The notes beneath the pieces were generated by a model. It was given only the letters and a program-made list of their open reading frames with translations. It made no database searches and was not told where the DNA came from. Position numbers and translations under genes: made by a program. Shown piece by piece: positions 10,976 through 20,672 of a stretch of 64,000 nucleotides of DNA; positions within the stretch are counted from its first letter, which is position 1, and each line of letters begins with the position of its first letter. The stretch lies in the NCBI GenBank assembly GCA_044230355.1, contig JBGARD010000007.1:1126-65125 (forward strand), given 5' to 3'. This DNA is from Usitatibacteraceae bacterium (GTDB lineage: Bacteria; Pseudomonadota; Gammaproteobacteria; Burkholderiales; Usitatibacteraceae).

Positions 10976-12009
10976 GCGCCTGCCTTGGCAAAGGCCTGGG
11001 TGAAGGAAACGAGCTGGTCCAGCTTCGCCTTCGCGGCCCCCGAGGCGATCGTGTCGCGCGAGAGCGCCACGCCGTCCCAGAGGCTGGGCACGACGCCCGA
11101 TACGTAGAGCGCCGCCGCGGCATTGATGAGCACGACGTCGCGGGAGGGCCCGGTCTCGCCGCCCAGGACCGAGAGGATGCGCGCGCGCGACTCGTCCGGG
11201 CCGGCCACCTGGATGGACTCGACGGGCGCGGTGTCCAGCCCGAACTGCTTGGGCTCGATCACGTACTCGGTGATGAAGTCGTGCTTGAGCTCGGCCACCG
11301 CCGTGGGCCCGGTAATGGTGATCTCGTCCAGGCCGTCGTGGCCGTGGACCGTGAGCACGTGCCGGCTGCCGAGCATCTTCAGCACCCGCGCCTGGATCCC
11401 CACGAGGTCGGGGTGGAACACGCCCATCACCTGGTTGGGCGCGCCCGCGGGGTTGGTGAGGGGCCCCAGGATGTTGAGGATCGTGCGCATGCCCAGCTCC
11501 TTGCGCACCGGCGCCGCGTGCTTCATCGCGGGATGGTGGCTGGGCGCGAACATGAAGCCGAGCCCCACCTCGCGAAGGCACACGCCCACCTGCTCGGGCG
11601 TGAGCGCGAGGTTCACGCCCAGCCCCTCGAGGGCGTCGGCGCTGCCGGACTTCGACGACACCGACCGCCCCCCGTGCTTGGCCACCCTGGCGCCGGCGGC
11701 CGCCGCGACGAAGGCCGCGGTCGTCGAGATGTTGAAGGTATGGGAGCGGTCGCCCCCCGTGCCGCAGGTGTCGACGAGGTGATCGAGCCCCTCCGCATCG
11801 ACCTTGGTGGAGAACTCCCGCATCACCGAGGCGGCGGCGGCTATCTCCGAGACCGATTCCGTCTTCACGTGCAGGCCCATGAGGATGGCCGCGAGCTGCA
11901 CCGGGGTGACCTTGCCCTCCATGACCTGGCGCATCAGGTCGACCATCTCGTCGTAGAAGATCTCGCGCTTGTCGCACAGGCGGTTGATCGCTTCGTGGGC
12001 GGTGAACAT
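10972..12009 (-). CDS. trpD: anthranilate phosphoribosyltransferase
   Basis: From [11 protein letters not shown]. Contains the motifs [15 protein letters not shown] and [15 protein letters not shown]. Confidence 0.95.
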   Translation of the reverse strand: MFTAHEAINRLCDKREIFYDEMVDLMRQVMEGKVTPVQLAAILMGLHVKTESVSEIAAAASVMREFSTKVDAEGLDHLVDTCGTGGDRSHTFNISTTAAFVAAAAGARVAKHGGRSVSSKSGSADALEGLGVNLALTPEQVGVCLREVGLGFMFAPSHHPAMKHAAPVRKELGMRTILNILGPLTNPAGAPNQVMGVFHPDLVGIQARVLKMLGSRHVLTVHGHDGLDEITITGPTAVAELKHDFITEYVIEPKQFGLDTAPVESIQVAGPDESRARILSVLGGETGPSRDVVLINAAAALYVSGVVPSLWDGVALSRDTIASGAAKAKLDQLVSFTQAFAKAGA

Positions 12010-12011
12010 GG

Positions 12012-12578
<567 letters not shown>

Positions 12579-12588
12579 GACGGGCTCC

Positions 12589-14067
12589 TCATGCGGCGGG
12601 GGCGTCGAGCCCCGCGTTGGTGGCCTCGGCCGCGGCGAGGAGGGCGCGCGCCTTGTTGCGCGTCTCGAGCCACTCCTGCTCGGGGATGGAATCGGCGACG
12701 ATGCCCGCCGCGGCCTGCACGTGCAGCTCGCCGTCCTTGACCACGCCCGTGCGGATGGCGATGGCGAGGTCGAGGTTGCCGTTGAAGCCGAGGTAGCCGA
12801 CGGCGCCCGCGTAGACGCCGCGCCTCTCCGGCTCCAGCTCGTCGATGATCTCCATCGCCCGGACCTTCGGCGCGCCGGCCACGGTGCCCGCGGGGAAGGT
12901 CGCGCGCAGCAGCTGCATCGGCGTGAGCGCCGGGTCCACGTCGCCCTCCACGTTCGAGACCATGTGCATCACGTGCGAGTAGCGCTCCACCGCCATCTGC
13001 TCCGTGACGCGGACGGTGCCCACGCGCGCGATGCGCCCGATGTCGTTTCGCCCGAGGTCGATCAGCATGAGGTGCTCGGCGCGCTCCTTGGGGTCGCCCA
13101 CGAGCTCCTTCTCCATCGCGAGGTCCTTCTCGGGCGTCGCGCCCCGCTTGCGCGTGCCGGCGATGGGGCGGACGGTGACGCGGTCGCCCTCGCGGCGCAC
13201 CAGGATCTCGGGCGAGGCGCCCACCAGCTGGCTGTCGCCGAAGTCGAAGTAGAACATGTAGGGCGAGGGATTGATCGAGCGCAGCGCGCGGTAGAGGTTC
13301 ACCGGCGAGCCCGCGAAGGGCTGCGAGAGGCGCTGCGAGACCTGCACCTGCATCACGTCGCCGTCGGTGATGTAGCGCTTGGCCCTCGCGACCGCGGCGT
13401 AGAAGGGCTGCTCCCCGATATTCGATCGCGGGGGCTGCGGCTTCGCGACGGGTTCGTGCGCCGGCAGGCTCGCGGCCCCGCGCAGCTTCCCGCGCAGCAG
13501 CTCGAGCCGCGCCCGGGCCTTCGCGTAGGCGCCCGGCTCGCGCGCGTCGGCGTAGACGATGAGGTGCACCTTGCCCGCGAGGTTGTCCACGACCGCGAGC
13601 TCCTCCGACAGGAGCAGGCGGATGTCGGGCAGCCCGATGGGGTCCGGGCGGGAATCCTTCGCGAGCTTCGGCTCGATGTAGCGCACGGTGTCGTAGCTGA
13701 AGTAGCCGGCGAGCCCGCCCGCGAAGCGCAGGCTCGAGTGCAGGGGAGCCGCCGCCACGCCCTTCAGGTACTCGTCGACGAACGCCAGGGGATCGCCGGC
13801 GTCGCGCTCCTGCACCACCTTGCCGTCGCGGATGACGCGGCCGCGGCCGCCCGCCACCTCGATCCTCTCGCGCGCCGCCAGCCCGATGATCGAGTAGCGG
13901 CCGAAGCGCTCGCCCCCGATGACCGACTCCAGCAGGTAGGTGCCGGGGGCGTTGGCGAGCTTCAGGTAGAGCGAGAGCGGGGTGTCGAGATCGGCCAGCG
14001 TCTCGAGGGTCAGGGGGATCCGGTTGAAGCCGGCGCGGGAAAGCGCCAGGAAATCGTTCTCAGTCAT
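12589..14067 (-). CDS. trpE: anthranilate synthase component I
   Basis: 492 aa with LLESV...GRYS, the chorismate-binding region GTRKRG and [11 protein letters not shown]. Confidence 0.95.
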   Translation of the reverse strand: MTENDFLALSRAGFNRIPLTLETLADLDTPLSLYLKLANAPGTYLLESVIGGERFGRYSIIGLAARERIEVAGGRGRVIRDGKVVQERDAGDPLAFVDEYLKGVAAAPLHSSLRFAGGLAGYFSYDTVRYIEPKLAKDSRPDPIGLPDIRLLLSEELAVVDNLAGKVHLIVYADAREPGAYAKARARLELLRGKLRGAASLPAHEPVAKPQPPRSNIGEQPFYAAVARAKRYITDGDVMQVQVSQRLSQPFAGSPVNLYRALRSINPSPYMFYFDFGDSQLVGASPEILVRREGDRVTVRPIAGTRKRGATPEKDLAMEKELVGDPKERAEHLMLIDLGRNDIGRIARVGTVRVTEQMAVERYSHVMHMVSNVEGDVDPALTPMQLLRATFPAGTVAGAPKVRAMEIIDELEPERRGVYAGAVGYLGFNGNLDLAIAIRTGVVKDGELHVQAAAGIVADSIPEQEWLETRNKARALLAAAEATNAGLDAPAA

Positions 14068-14115
14068 GTTTCACCACACGGTATTCGGGTCGAAGGGTGG
14101 ACGGGCCGGGGCGTT

Positions 14116-14166
14116 TCAGCGCCAGCTTTGCCATCGCCAGTCGAGCAGGAATCCGCGCGGTGCCAT
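14116..14166 (-). promoter_or_regulatory. candidate trp leader peptide ORF (16 codons, 3 Trp)
   Basis: My translation of the minus strand gives ATG..TGA = MAPRGFLLDWRWQSWR*. It ends 48 nt upstream of the trpE ATG. No good SD and no canonical terminator hairpin were seen. Confidence 0.5.
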
Positions 14167-14191
14167 GAGGGATTTCACGAGGGGAAAACGA

Positions 14192-14878
14192 TCAGGGGGC
14201 CATTGTAATCGATCTGGCGGCCTCCTCCACGCTCGCGACGACCGCGTCCGCGCCGAGATCGGCCAGCGAAAGGCCCTCGCGGTAGCCGTAGGGCACGACC
14301 ACCACCGCGCACCCGGCCGCGCGCGCCGACTGCACGTCGTTCAGCGAGTCGCCCACCACCAGCGTCTCGGCGGGGGAGGCGCCGAGCTTGCCGGCCGCGT
14401 ACAGCATCGGGTCCGGGTGCGGCTTCCTGCGCTCGACGGTGTCCCCGGAGACCACCACGCCGAAGAAGCGCCGCAGCCCGGTGAGCTCGAGAAGCGGCTC
14501 GGTGAACCGGCCCGCCTTGTTGGTGACGCATCCCATCGCGATCCCCGCGCGCTCGAGCGCCTCGAGGCCGTCCACGACGCCCGGGTAGGGGCGCGACCGG
14601 TCCGCGATCCCCGCAATGTAGTGCCGCTCGAAGACCGCGTGCGCGCGGGCCCGCTCCTCCTCGCCCCCGCCACCCGAGGCCTCGAAGCACTTGTTCACGA
14701 GGTTCACCACGCCCTTGCCGACGAAGTCCCGGATCCGGTCGTCCGGGAGAGCGGCACGGCCGAGGTCGGCCAGCATGCGGTTGGCGGCCGCGGCGAGATC
14801 GGGCGCGGTATCGACGAGCGTGCCGTCGAGGTCGAAGAGCGCGGCGCGGTAGCGCCTCGGCGGGAGCGGGGCAGCCAC
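14192..14878 (-). CDS. gph: phosphoglycolate phosphatase (HAD family)
   Basis: GTG start at 14878. Contains the HAD motifs ALFDLDGTLVD, VTNK and GDSLNDVQSARAAG. Sits in the rpe-gph-trpE arrangement. Confidence 0.85.
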   Translation of the reverse strand: MAAPLPPRRYRAALFDLDGTLVDTAPDLAAAANRMLADLGRAALPDDRIRDFVGKGVVNLVNKCFEASGGGGEEERARAHAVFERHYIAGIADRSRPYPGVVDGLEALERAGIAMGCVTNKAGRFTEPLLELTGLRRFFGVVVSGDTVERRKPHPDPMLYAAGKLGASPAETLVVGDSLNDVQSARAAGCAVVVVPYGYREGLSLADLGADAVVASVEEAARSITMAP

Positions 14879-14880
14879 CT

Positions 14881-15540
14881 TCAGGCCCCCGCGAGCGCCT
14901 CGCGCATGCGGCGAATCGCGGCCGCGCGGTCCTTCTCGCCGAAGACGGCCGACCCCGCGACGAAGGTGTCGGCGCCCGCCTTGGCGACCGCGGCGATGTT
15001 GTCGGCCTTCACGCCGCCGTCCACCTCGAGCCAGATGTCGCGCCCGCTCTCGTCGATGCGCCGGCGCGCCTCGCGGATCTTGGGCAGCGCGGAGGCGATG
15101 AAGGACTGGCCGCCGAAGCCGGGGTTCACGCTCATGATGAGGATGAGGTCGACCTTGTCCATGACGTGGTCGAGCCAGGCGAGCGGCGTGGCGGGGTTGA
15201 ACACGAGCCCGGCCTTGCAGCCCTGGTCGCGGATGAGCGCGAGGGTCCGGTCGACATGCTCGCTCGCCTCCGGGTGGAAGCTGATGATCGAGGCGCCCGC
15301 CTTGGCGAAGTCCGGAACGATCCGGTCCACGGGCTTCACCATGAGGTGCACGTCGATCGGCACCGTGCAGTGCGGCTTCAGGGCCTCGCACACGAGCGGG
15401 CCGACGGTGAGGTTGGGCACGTAATGGTTGTCCATCACGTCGAAATGCATGAGGTCGGCGCCGCCGGCGATGACGTCCTTCACCTCGTCGCCGAGGCGGG
15501 CGAAATCGGCCGAAAGGAGGCTGGGCGCGATGCGGTACAT
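14881..15540 (-). CDS. rpe: ribulose-phosphate 3-epimerase
   Basis: 219 aa with [26 protein letters not shown], and [10 protein letters not shown]. Confidence 0.95.
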   Translation of the reverse strand: MYRIAPSLLSADFARLGDEVKDVIAGGADLMHFDVMDNHYVPNLTVGPLVCEALKPHCTVPIDVHLMVKPVDRIVPDFAKAGASIISFHPEASEHVDRTLALIRDQGCKAGLVFNPATPLAWLDHVMDKVDLILIMSVNPGFGGQSFIASALPKIREARRRIDESGRDIWLEVDGGVKADNIAAVAKAGADTFVAGSAVFGEKDRAAAIRRMREALAGA

Positions 15541-15613
15541 GACGGTCTTTCCGGGTCGGTGGAAGAGAGAAAATTCTACGCGATTCCCCTCGCGCTTCGT
15601 GCGGGAAATTTCC

Positions 15614-15622
15614 TGCTAACAT
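15614..15622 (+). promoter_or_regulatory. extended -10 box (TGcTAACAT) 7 nt upstream of the apaG ATG
   Basis: tgctaacat at 15614-15622. A 10-bp palindrome ggaaatttcc lies immediately upstream (15604-15613). There is no SD before the ATG at 15630. Confidence 0.35.
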
Positions 15623-15629
15623 CGAATCC

Positions 15630-16013
15630 ATGCCCGACCCGAAACGCTACGTCATCGCCGTCACGGCGCACTCGACCTACCTGCCCGACCAGTCGGACGA
15701 GGAAGACGAGCGCTACGTGTTCGCGTACACGATCCGCATCACCAACACGGGCAACGTGTCCGCGCAGGTCGTGAGCCGCCACTGGATCATCACGGACGCC
15801 GACAACCAGGTCCAGGAAGTGCGGGGCATGGGCGTGGTCGGCGAGCAGCCCGTGCTCAAGCCCGGCGACACGTTCGAGTACTCGAGCGGCTCCTCCATCC
15901 CGACCGCCGTCGGGACCATGCGCGGCACCTACCAGCTGGTCGCCGAGGACGGCACGCGCTTCGAGGCGCCCATCCCGGAGTTCGCGCTCAGCGTCCCGCG
16001 CGTGCTGCACTAG
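15630..16013 (+). CDS. apaG: ApaG (DUF525) protein
   Basis: 127 aa with YVFAYTIRITNTGNVSAQVVSRHWIITDA...GVVGEQPVL.PG..F.Y.S. Confidence 0.9.
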   Translation: MPDPKRYVIAVTAHSTYLPDQSDEEDERYVFAYTIRITNTGNVSAQVVSRHWIITDADNQVQEVRGMGVVGEQPVLKPGDTFEYSSGSSIPTAVGTMRGTYQLVAEDGTRFEAPIPEFALSVPRVLH

Positions 16014-16147
16014 CCGCGAGGCGCGTCGTCCCCGTTCGTGGAATCGCCCTGCTTGGGGCCCGGCTTGTGCTTGCGCGGCATCGTCCACCAGACGATCCCG
16101 ACCGCGATCAGCAGCGCCGCCACCACCTCGAGGAACACCCAGCCCAT
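16010..16147 (-). CDS. small hypothetical membrane protein (45 aa)
   Basis: Below the ORF-track size cut-off. My translation is MGWVFLEVVAALLIAVGIVWWTMPRKHKPGPKQGDSTNGDDAPRG*. GGAG lies 6 nt upstream of the ATG. One TM helix is followed by a basic tail. The stop overlaps the apaG stop codon. Confidence 0.35.
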   Translation of the reverse strand: MGWVFLEVVAALLIAVGIVWWTMPRKHKPGPKQGDSTNGDDAPRG

Positions 16148-16159
16148 CCGCGACTCCGG

Positions 16160-16213
16160 GAGAAAATGGTGTCAGGTTACTTTGCATGCAAAGTAACCTG
16201 ACACCATTTTCTC
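16160..16213. repeat. perfect 54-bp palindrome (27+27, no spacer)
   Basis: gagaaaatggtgtcaggttactttgcat|atgcaaagtaacctgacaccattttctc, checked base by base, with the centre between 16186 and 16187. It is visibly AT-richer than its flanks. Confidence 0.95.
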
Positions 16214-16227
16214 ATATACTCGCCGCG

Positions 16228-17511
16228 ATGCCGCACGCCCCTCTGTCCACCCTGCCGCGCTGGCGCGCGCTCGCCGCCCTCGGCCTCGCGCTCCTCGCCG
16301 CCGCCTGCGCAACGCCGCCCGAGCCCATCGCTCGGGCCGCGCCCGAGCCGCTCATCTGCCCGCCCGCCGAGAAGCCCGTGTGCCCGCCCGCCCCCGGCGC
16401 GCCGGCCCCTGCCCCGGCGCCGGTTCCCGAGGTGGAATACCGCGGCCGGCTGCAGCGCGCCTCCTGGGTGGAGATTCCCGAGTGGGGGCGCGAGCCGCTG
16501 CGCGACTCCCTCGTCGCCTTCGTGCGCGGCTGCAGCGCGCTCGGCAAGCAGGCGGCCTGGCAGGCGGTGTGCGCCGAGGCCTCCGCGATGCCGCCGGGGA
16601 GCACCGATCGCGAGATCGCCGCCTTCTTCGAGTCGCGGTTCGACCCGCACATGGTCGTGAACGCCGACGAGTCGACAACGGGCATGGTCACCGGCTATTA
16701 CGAGCCGCTGCTGCGCGGAAGCCGCACGCGCACCGCCCGCTTCAGATACCCCCTCTATGCGGTGCCCCAGGACCTGCTCGTGATCGACCTCTCGAGCGTA
16801 TACCCCGACCTCAAGCACAAGCGCCTGCGCGGCCGCATCGAGGGAAACCGGGTCGTCCCCTACCTCGCGCGCGGCGACATCGAGACCGATCCGGCGCCCC
16901 TGAAGGGGCTCGAGATCGCCTGGGTCGACGACGCCGTCGAGCTTTTCTTCCTGCACATCCAGGGCTCGGGGCAGGTGCAGCTCGAGAACGGCGAGCGCCT
17001 GCGCGTGGGCTACGCGGAGCAGAACGGGCACCCCTTCCGCTCCCTCGGACGGCTGCTCATCCAGCGCGGGGAGCTGCCGGCGGAACGCGCCTCGATGCAG
17101 GGGATCAAGGACTGGGCGCGCCGCCATCCCGCGAAGGTGCAGCGCTACCTGAACGAGAACCCGAGCTTCGTGTTCTTCCGCGAGCTTCCGGGCGACCTCC
17201 CCGGCCCGATCGGCTCGCTGGGCGTGCCGCTCACGGCGGAGCGCTCCATCGCGGTCGACCCGCGCGTGATCCCGCTGGGGGTCCCCGTCTACCTCGCCAC
17301 GACCTGGCCCAACTCGCCGCAGCCGCTCAACCGCCTCATGGTGGCGCAGGACACCGGGGGCGCCATCAACGGCGGCGTGCGCGCGGATTTCTTCTGGGGA
17401 TTCGGGGACGCCGCCGGCAACCAGGCGGGCAAGATGCGCCAGGCGGGGCGCATGTGGGTCCTGCTGCCGAAGGGCTACACGCCGCCCGCGACGGTGCAGG
17501 CCGCGAAGTAG
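16228..17511 (+). CDS. mltA: membrane-bound lytic murein transglycosylase A
   Basis: ORF 16186..17511. I prefer the start MPHAPLSTLPRWRALAALGLALLAAAC, which gives a lipoprotein signal and lipobox. MltA and 3D-domain region: ...DTGGAINGGVRADFFWGFG. Confidence 0.88.
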   Translation: MPHAPLSTLPRWRALAALGLALLAAACATPPEPIARAAPEPLICPPAEKPVCPPAPGAPAPAPAPVPEVEYRGRLQRASWVEIPEWGREPLRDSLVAFVRGCSALGKQAAWQAVCAEASAMPPGSTDREIAAFFESRFDPHMVVNADESTTGMVTGYYEPLLRGSRTRTARFRYPLYAVPQDLLVIDLSSVYPDLKHKRLRGRIEGNRVVPYLARGDIETDPAPLKGLEIAWVDDAVELFFLHIQGSGQVQLENGERLRVGYAEQNGHPFRSLGRLLIQRGELPAERASMQGIKDWARRHPAKVQRYLNENPSFVFFRELPGDLPGPIGSLGVPLTAERSIAVDPRVIPLGVPVYLATTWPNSPQPLNRLMVAQDTGGAINGGVRADFFWGFGDAAGNQAGKMRQAGRMWVLLPKGYTPPATVQAAK

Positions 17512-17535
17512 GCCGGCCGCCGCGCGCGGAAAAAG

Positions 17536-18261
17536 CTACTGGGGCCTGGCGGCCTTCGCGTCCGCGAGCCGCTTCTCGAACGCCGCGATGGGCATCGCGC
17601 CGGGGATGCGCTCGCCGTCCTCGAAGAAGATCGTCGGCGTGCCGCTGATCTTCTTGTCGCGCCCGAAGGCCACGACCTTGTCGATGGGCGTCTCGCAATT
17701 CGCGGCGCCCGGCGGCACGGCGTCCTTGAGCATGAGGTCCATCCACGCCTTCGACCGGTCCGGCGCGCACCACACGGCCTTCGACTTCTGCGTCGAGTCC
17801 GGGGAGAGGATCGGGTACAGGAACGTGTACACCGTGATGTCGCTCACGCCGACCAGCTCGCGCTCGAAGCGCTTGCAGTAGCCGCAGTTGGGGTCGGCGA
17901 AGATCGCGATCTTGCGCGAGCCGTCGCCGCGCACCACCTTGATGGCCGACTCCAGCGGCAGCGAGTCGAACTTGACCGCCGAGAGCTTGCGCACGCGCGC
18001 CTCGGTGACGTTCTCGCGCGTCTTCGTGTCGATGAGGGTGCCCAGCAGGAGGAAGGAAGTCTTCTCGTCGGTGTAGAACACCTCGCTGCCGCCGGTCACC
18101 TCCAGGAGGCCTCCGTAGCCGCTCTTGCGCACCGTGTCGATCTGCGCTTCGGGGAATTTCTTGCGAAGGTCCGTCTTGACGCGGTCGAGGTCCTGCGCGG
18201 CGGCGGGAACGGCCAGCGCCAGGGCGAGGAAGGCGGCGGACAGGAAAGCGGGGATTCTCAT
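17536..18261 (-). CDS. dsbC: thiol:disulfide interchange protein DsbC/DsbG family
   Basis: 241 aa from MRIPAFLSAAFLALALAVPAAAQ (signal peptide). Contains the thioredoxin motif DPNCGYCK. Confidence 0.82.
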   Translation of the reverse strand: MRIPAFLSAAFLALALAVPAAAQDLDRVKTDLRKKFPEAQIDTVRKSGYGGLLEVTGGSEVFYTDEKTSFLLLGTLIDTKTRENVTEARVRKLSAVKFDSLPLESAIKVVRGDGSRKIAIFADPNCGYCKRFERELVGVSDITVYTFLYPILSPDSTQKSKAVWCAPDRSKAWMDLMLKDAVPPGAANCETPIDKVVAFGRDKKISGTPTIFFEDGERIPGAMPIAAFEKRLADAKAARPQ

Positions 18262-18335
18262 GTAAGGGGTCTCTCGGGTTCCGGGATTGGGCCGCGGCCG
18301 GCCGGGGAAGTTCCCGGGAGACTCAGGCAGCGGGA

Positions 18336-19496
18336 TTATCGCATTGCGTGCGCCGCGAGGAGCCGCTTGGCCCAGGGCGCGCCATCGACGGCGCGCAGCC
18401 CCGCGTTGCGCGCGGCGCCGGCGAGCGGCATGCCCAGCCCGAAGAGCCACTCCAGCCTGTCGGTGACGAACTGCATCGCGTCCACGTCGGCGCGCCGGGA
18501 GCGCTCGTGCCGGCGCAGCAGCGCGAGATCGCCGGGGCGCTCGAGGGGCGAGCGGGCGGCCAGCGCGCGCGCGAGCGCGCGGGCGTCCTGGAACCCGAGG
18601 TTCACTCCCTGGCCGGCGAGCGGGTGCACGCCGTGGGCGGCATCGCCGACCAGGACCGCGCCGGGCACCGCGATGCGGGGCACCCGGACGAGGCGCAGGG
18701 GGAAGCGCGCGACCTCGGAGTCCAGCGCGAGGTCGCCGAGGGCCGCGCCGCCCGCGTCGCGCACGCGCCGGGCCAGCGCCTCCGGTTCCAGCGCGGCGAG
18801 CTCGTCCGCCACGCCCTCGCGCGCCGACCAGACGATGGAGATCCGCTCCCCCGGCAGCGGCAGCCAGGCGAGGATGCCGTCGGGCCGGAACCACTGGCGC
18901 GCCACGCCCGCCGGCGCCCGCTCGCACCGGAAGTGGGCCACCACCGCGGTTTCCGGGTAGCGCTTGGCGCTCGCCGCGAGGCCCAGCTCCCGCCGCACGC
19001 GGGAATCCGCGCCGTCCGCGCCCACGAGCAGGTCCGCCGCGAGCACGGTGCCGTCCCCGAGGCGAACATCCGCGCCCTGCGCGCCCGCGGATACCGATTG
19101 CAGGCGGATGCCCGTCGAGATCGAGGCGCCGTTTTCCCGCGCCGCGAGCTCGATCGCGCGCGCGATGCGATTGCCTTCCGCGATCCAGGCGAGGGCGCCT
19201 CCCGCCGGCGCCGCGAAGTCCAGGCGGCTCCTGCCGTCGTCGCCATGGACCTCCATGCGCGTGACCGGGGCGAGGCGTTCGGCGGGAAGCCGCTGCCAGG
19301 CGCCGATCTCGAGGAGGAAATCCCGCGTCCCCCGGCTCAGCGCGAAGACGCGGATGTCGACCGCCTCGGGGTCGTGGGCGGGACGGGGGGCGCCGGCTTC
19401 GAGGACGCTCACCTCCTCGCCGCAGGCGGCCGCGAACGCGAGCCCCACCGCGCCGCCGCCGATCACGACGACGCGGCCCTTTCCGGCGCCCTTCAT
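18336..19496 (-). CDS. FAD-dependent ubiquinone-biosynthesis hydroxylase, UbiH/UbiI(VisC)/Coq6 family
   Basis: 386 aa with VVVIGGGAVGLA (FAD fold) and GDAAHGVHPLAGQGVNLG. It occupies the visC/ubiI position downstream of pepP-ubiH. Confidence 0.85.
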   Translation of the reverse strand: MKGAGKGRVVVIGGGAVGLAFAAACGEEVSVLEAGAPRPAHDPEAVDIRVFALSRGTRDFLLEIGAWQRLPAERLAPVTRMEVHGDDGRSRLDFAAPAGGALAWIAEGNRIARAIELAARENGASISTGIRLQSVSAGAQGADVRLGDGTVLAADLLVGADGADSRVRRELGLAASAKRYPETAVVAHFRCERAPAGVARQWFRPDGILAWLPLPGERISIVWSAREGVADELAALEPEALARRVRDAGGAALGDLALDSEVARFPLRLVRVPRIAVPGAVLVGDAAHGVHPLAGQGVNLGFQDARALARALAARSPLERPGDLALLRRHERSRRADVDAMQFVTDRLEWLFGLGMPLAGAARNAGLRAVDGAPWAKRLLAAHAMR

Positions 19497-19506
19497 CGTT
19501 CGCGCC

Positions 19507-20652
19507 TCACGGTGCGGGGGCGCCGTCGATCATGCGGCCGGCGAGCCAGCGCCGCGCGGGCGGCAGCAGGTCGAGCAGCGCGAGCGCGGCCCCGCGGCCC
19601 CAGCTCACGAAGCGGCGCTCGTCCATGAAGGCGCCCACGAGGAAATCGGTGAAGGCCACCCCGCGGCCCGCGTCGCGGCGGCGCGCGTCGCGATAGGCCT
19701 CGAGCAGCGGCCCCGCGCCCGGGTCGCACGCGGGATCGGCCGCGAGGAGCGAGGCGAGCGTGGCCGCGTCGCGCAGCCCGATGTTGAGCCCCTGCCCGGC
19801 GATGGGATGCATGGCCTGCGCCGCGTTCCCGGCGATCACCGTGCGAAGGGCGATCGGCGTGTTGATCCGCCGCAGCTTGAGCGGAAAGGCCGCGCGCGGA
19901 CCGGCCGCCACGTAGCGCCCCGCGCGATCGCCGAAATGCGCCTGGAGTTCGGCGAGGAAGGCCGCGTCGTCCAGGGCGAGGATGCGCTGCGCCTCGGCGG
20001 GCGTCGCGGTCCACACGAGGGCGTAGCGCTCGCCGACGGGCAGGAGCGCCACCGGTCCCTTCGCCGTGAAGCGCTCGTAGGCGCGCCCCCGGTGCGGGCG
20101 GTCCGCGTGGACCGGTCCCGTGATGGCGACCTGGCCGTAGTCCTTTTCCGAATAGGCGAGGCCGGGGATGCGCCGGGCGTTCGCGCCACCGTCCGCCAGG
20201 ACGAGGAGCCGCGCCTCGAGCGTTTCGCCGCCGGCGAGCTTGAGCCTCGCCGCCTGCATCCCGAGTTCGATCGTCTCGCATGCCGCGCCCCAGGCCACTC
20301 GGGCGCCCAGGGCATCGAGCCTCGCCTCGAGTGCCTCCTCGAGCGCGGCGTAGGCGACGGTGTAGCCAAGCGCGGGGAGCCCCTGCTCGGCCGCCGTGAT
20401 GAGGGTTCGGCCCGGCCCGCCCTTCTGAGAGACGTGGATCTCGGTGATGGGCGTGGCCCCTGCCGCCGGCCAGCCGCCGGCCGCCTCGAGGCGATCGCGG
20501 CTCGCGTGCGAAAGGGCCAGGGTGCGCGCGTCGCGCGAGGGCGCCGCCCGCGCCTCGAGCACGCGCACCGAGCGGCCCGCGGGCACGAGGCTCGCCGCGA
20601 GCGCCGCGCCCACCGGCCCGGCACCCACGATCGCGACGTCGACGCAGTCCAT
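19507..20652 (-). CDS. ubiH: 2-octaprenyl-6-methoxyphenol hydroxylase-like, UbiH family
   Basis: From MDCVDVAIVGAGPVGAALA. Contains GNAAQAMHPIAGQGLNIG. It lies directly downstream of pepP, as in the E. coli pepP-ubiH-visC order. Confidence 0.82.
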   Translation of the reverse strand: MDCVDVAIVGAGPVGAALAASLVPAGRSVRVLEARAAPSRDARTLALSHASRDRLEAAGGWPAAGATPITEIHVSQKGGPGRTLITAAEQGLPALGYTVAYAALEEALEARLDALGARVAWGAACETIELGMQAARLKLAGGETLEARLLVLADGGANARRIPGLAYSEKDYGQVAITGPVHADRPHRGRAYERFTAKGPVALLPVGERYALVWTATPAEAQRILALDDAAFLAELQAHFGDRAGRYVAAGPRAAFPLKLRRINTPIALRTVIAGNAAQAMHPIAGQGLNIGLRDAATLASLLAADPACDPGAGPLLEAYRDARRRDAGRGVAFTDFLVGAFMDERRFVSWGRGAALALLDLLPPARRWLAGRMIDGAPAP

Positions 20653-20672
20653 CGGCCCCTCGGGCGCGGCGG

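Noticed and set aside
14068-14115. A classical rho-independent attenuator terminator between the Trp-rich leader ORF and trpE.
   Set aside because: I could find only 4-bp pairings and no U-tract by eye. I therefore report the leader peptide but not an attenuator structure.
16186-16227. The ATG at 16186, inside the palindrome, as the mltA start (MQSNLTPFSHILAA...).
   Set aside because: The same peptide appears on both strands purely because of the palindrome. The lipoprotein signal peptide begins at the ATG at 16228.
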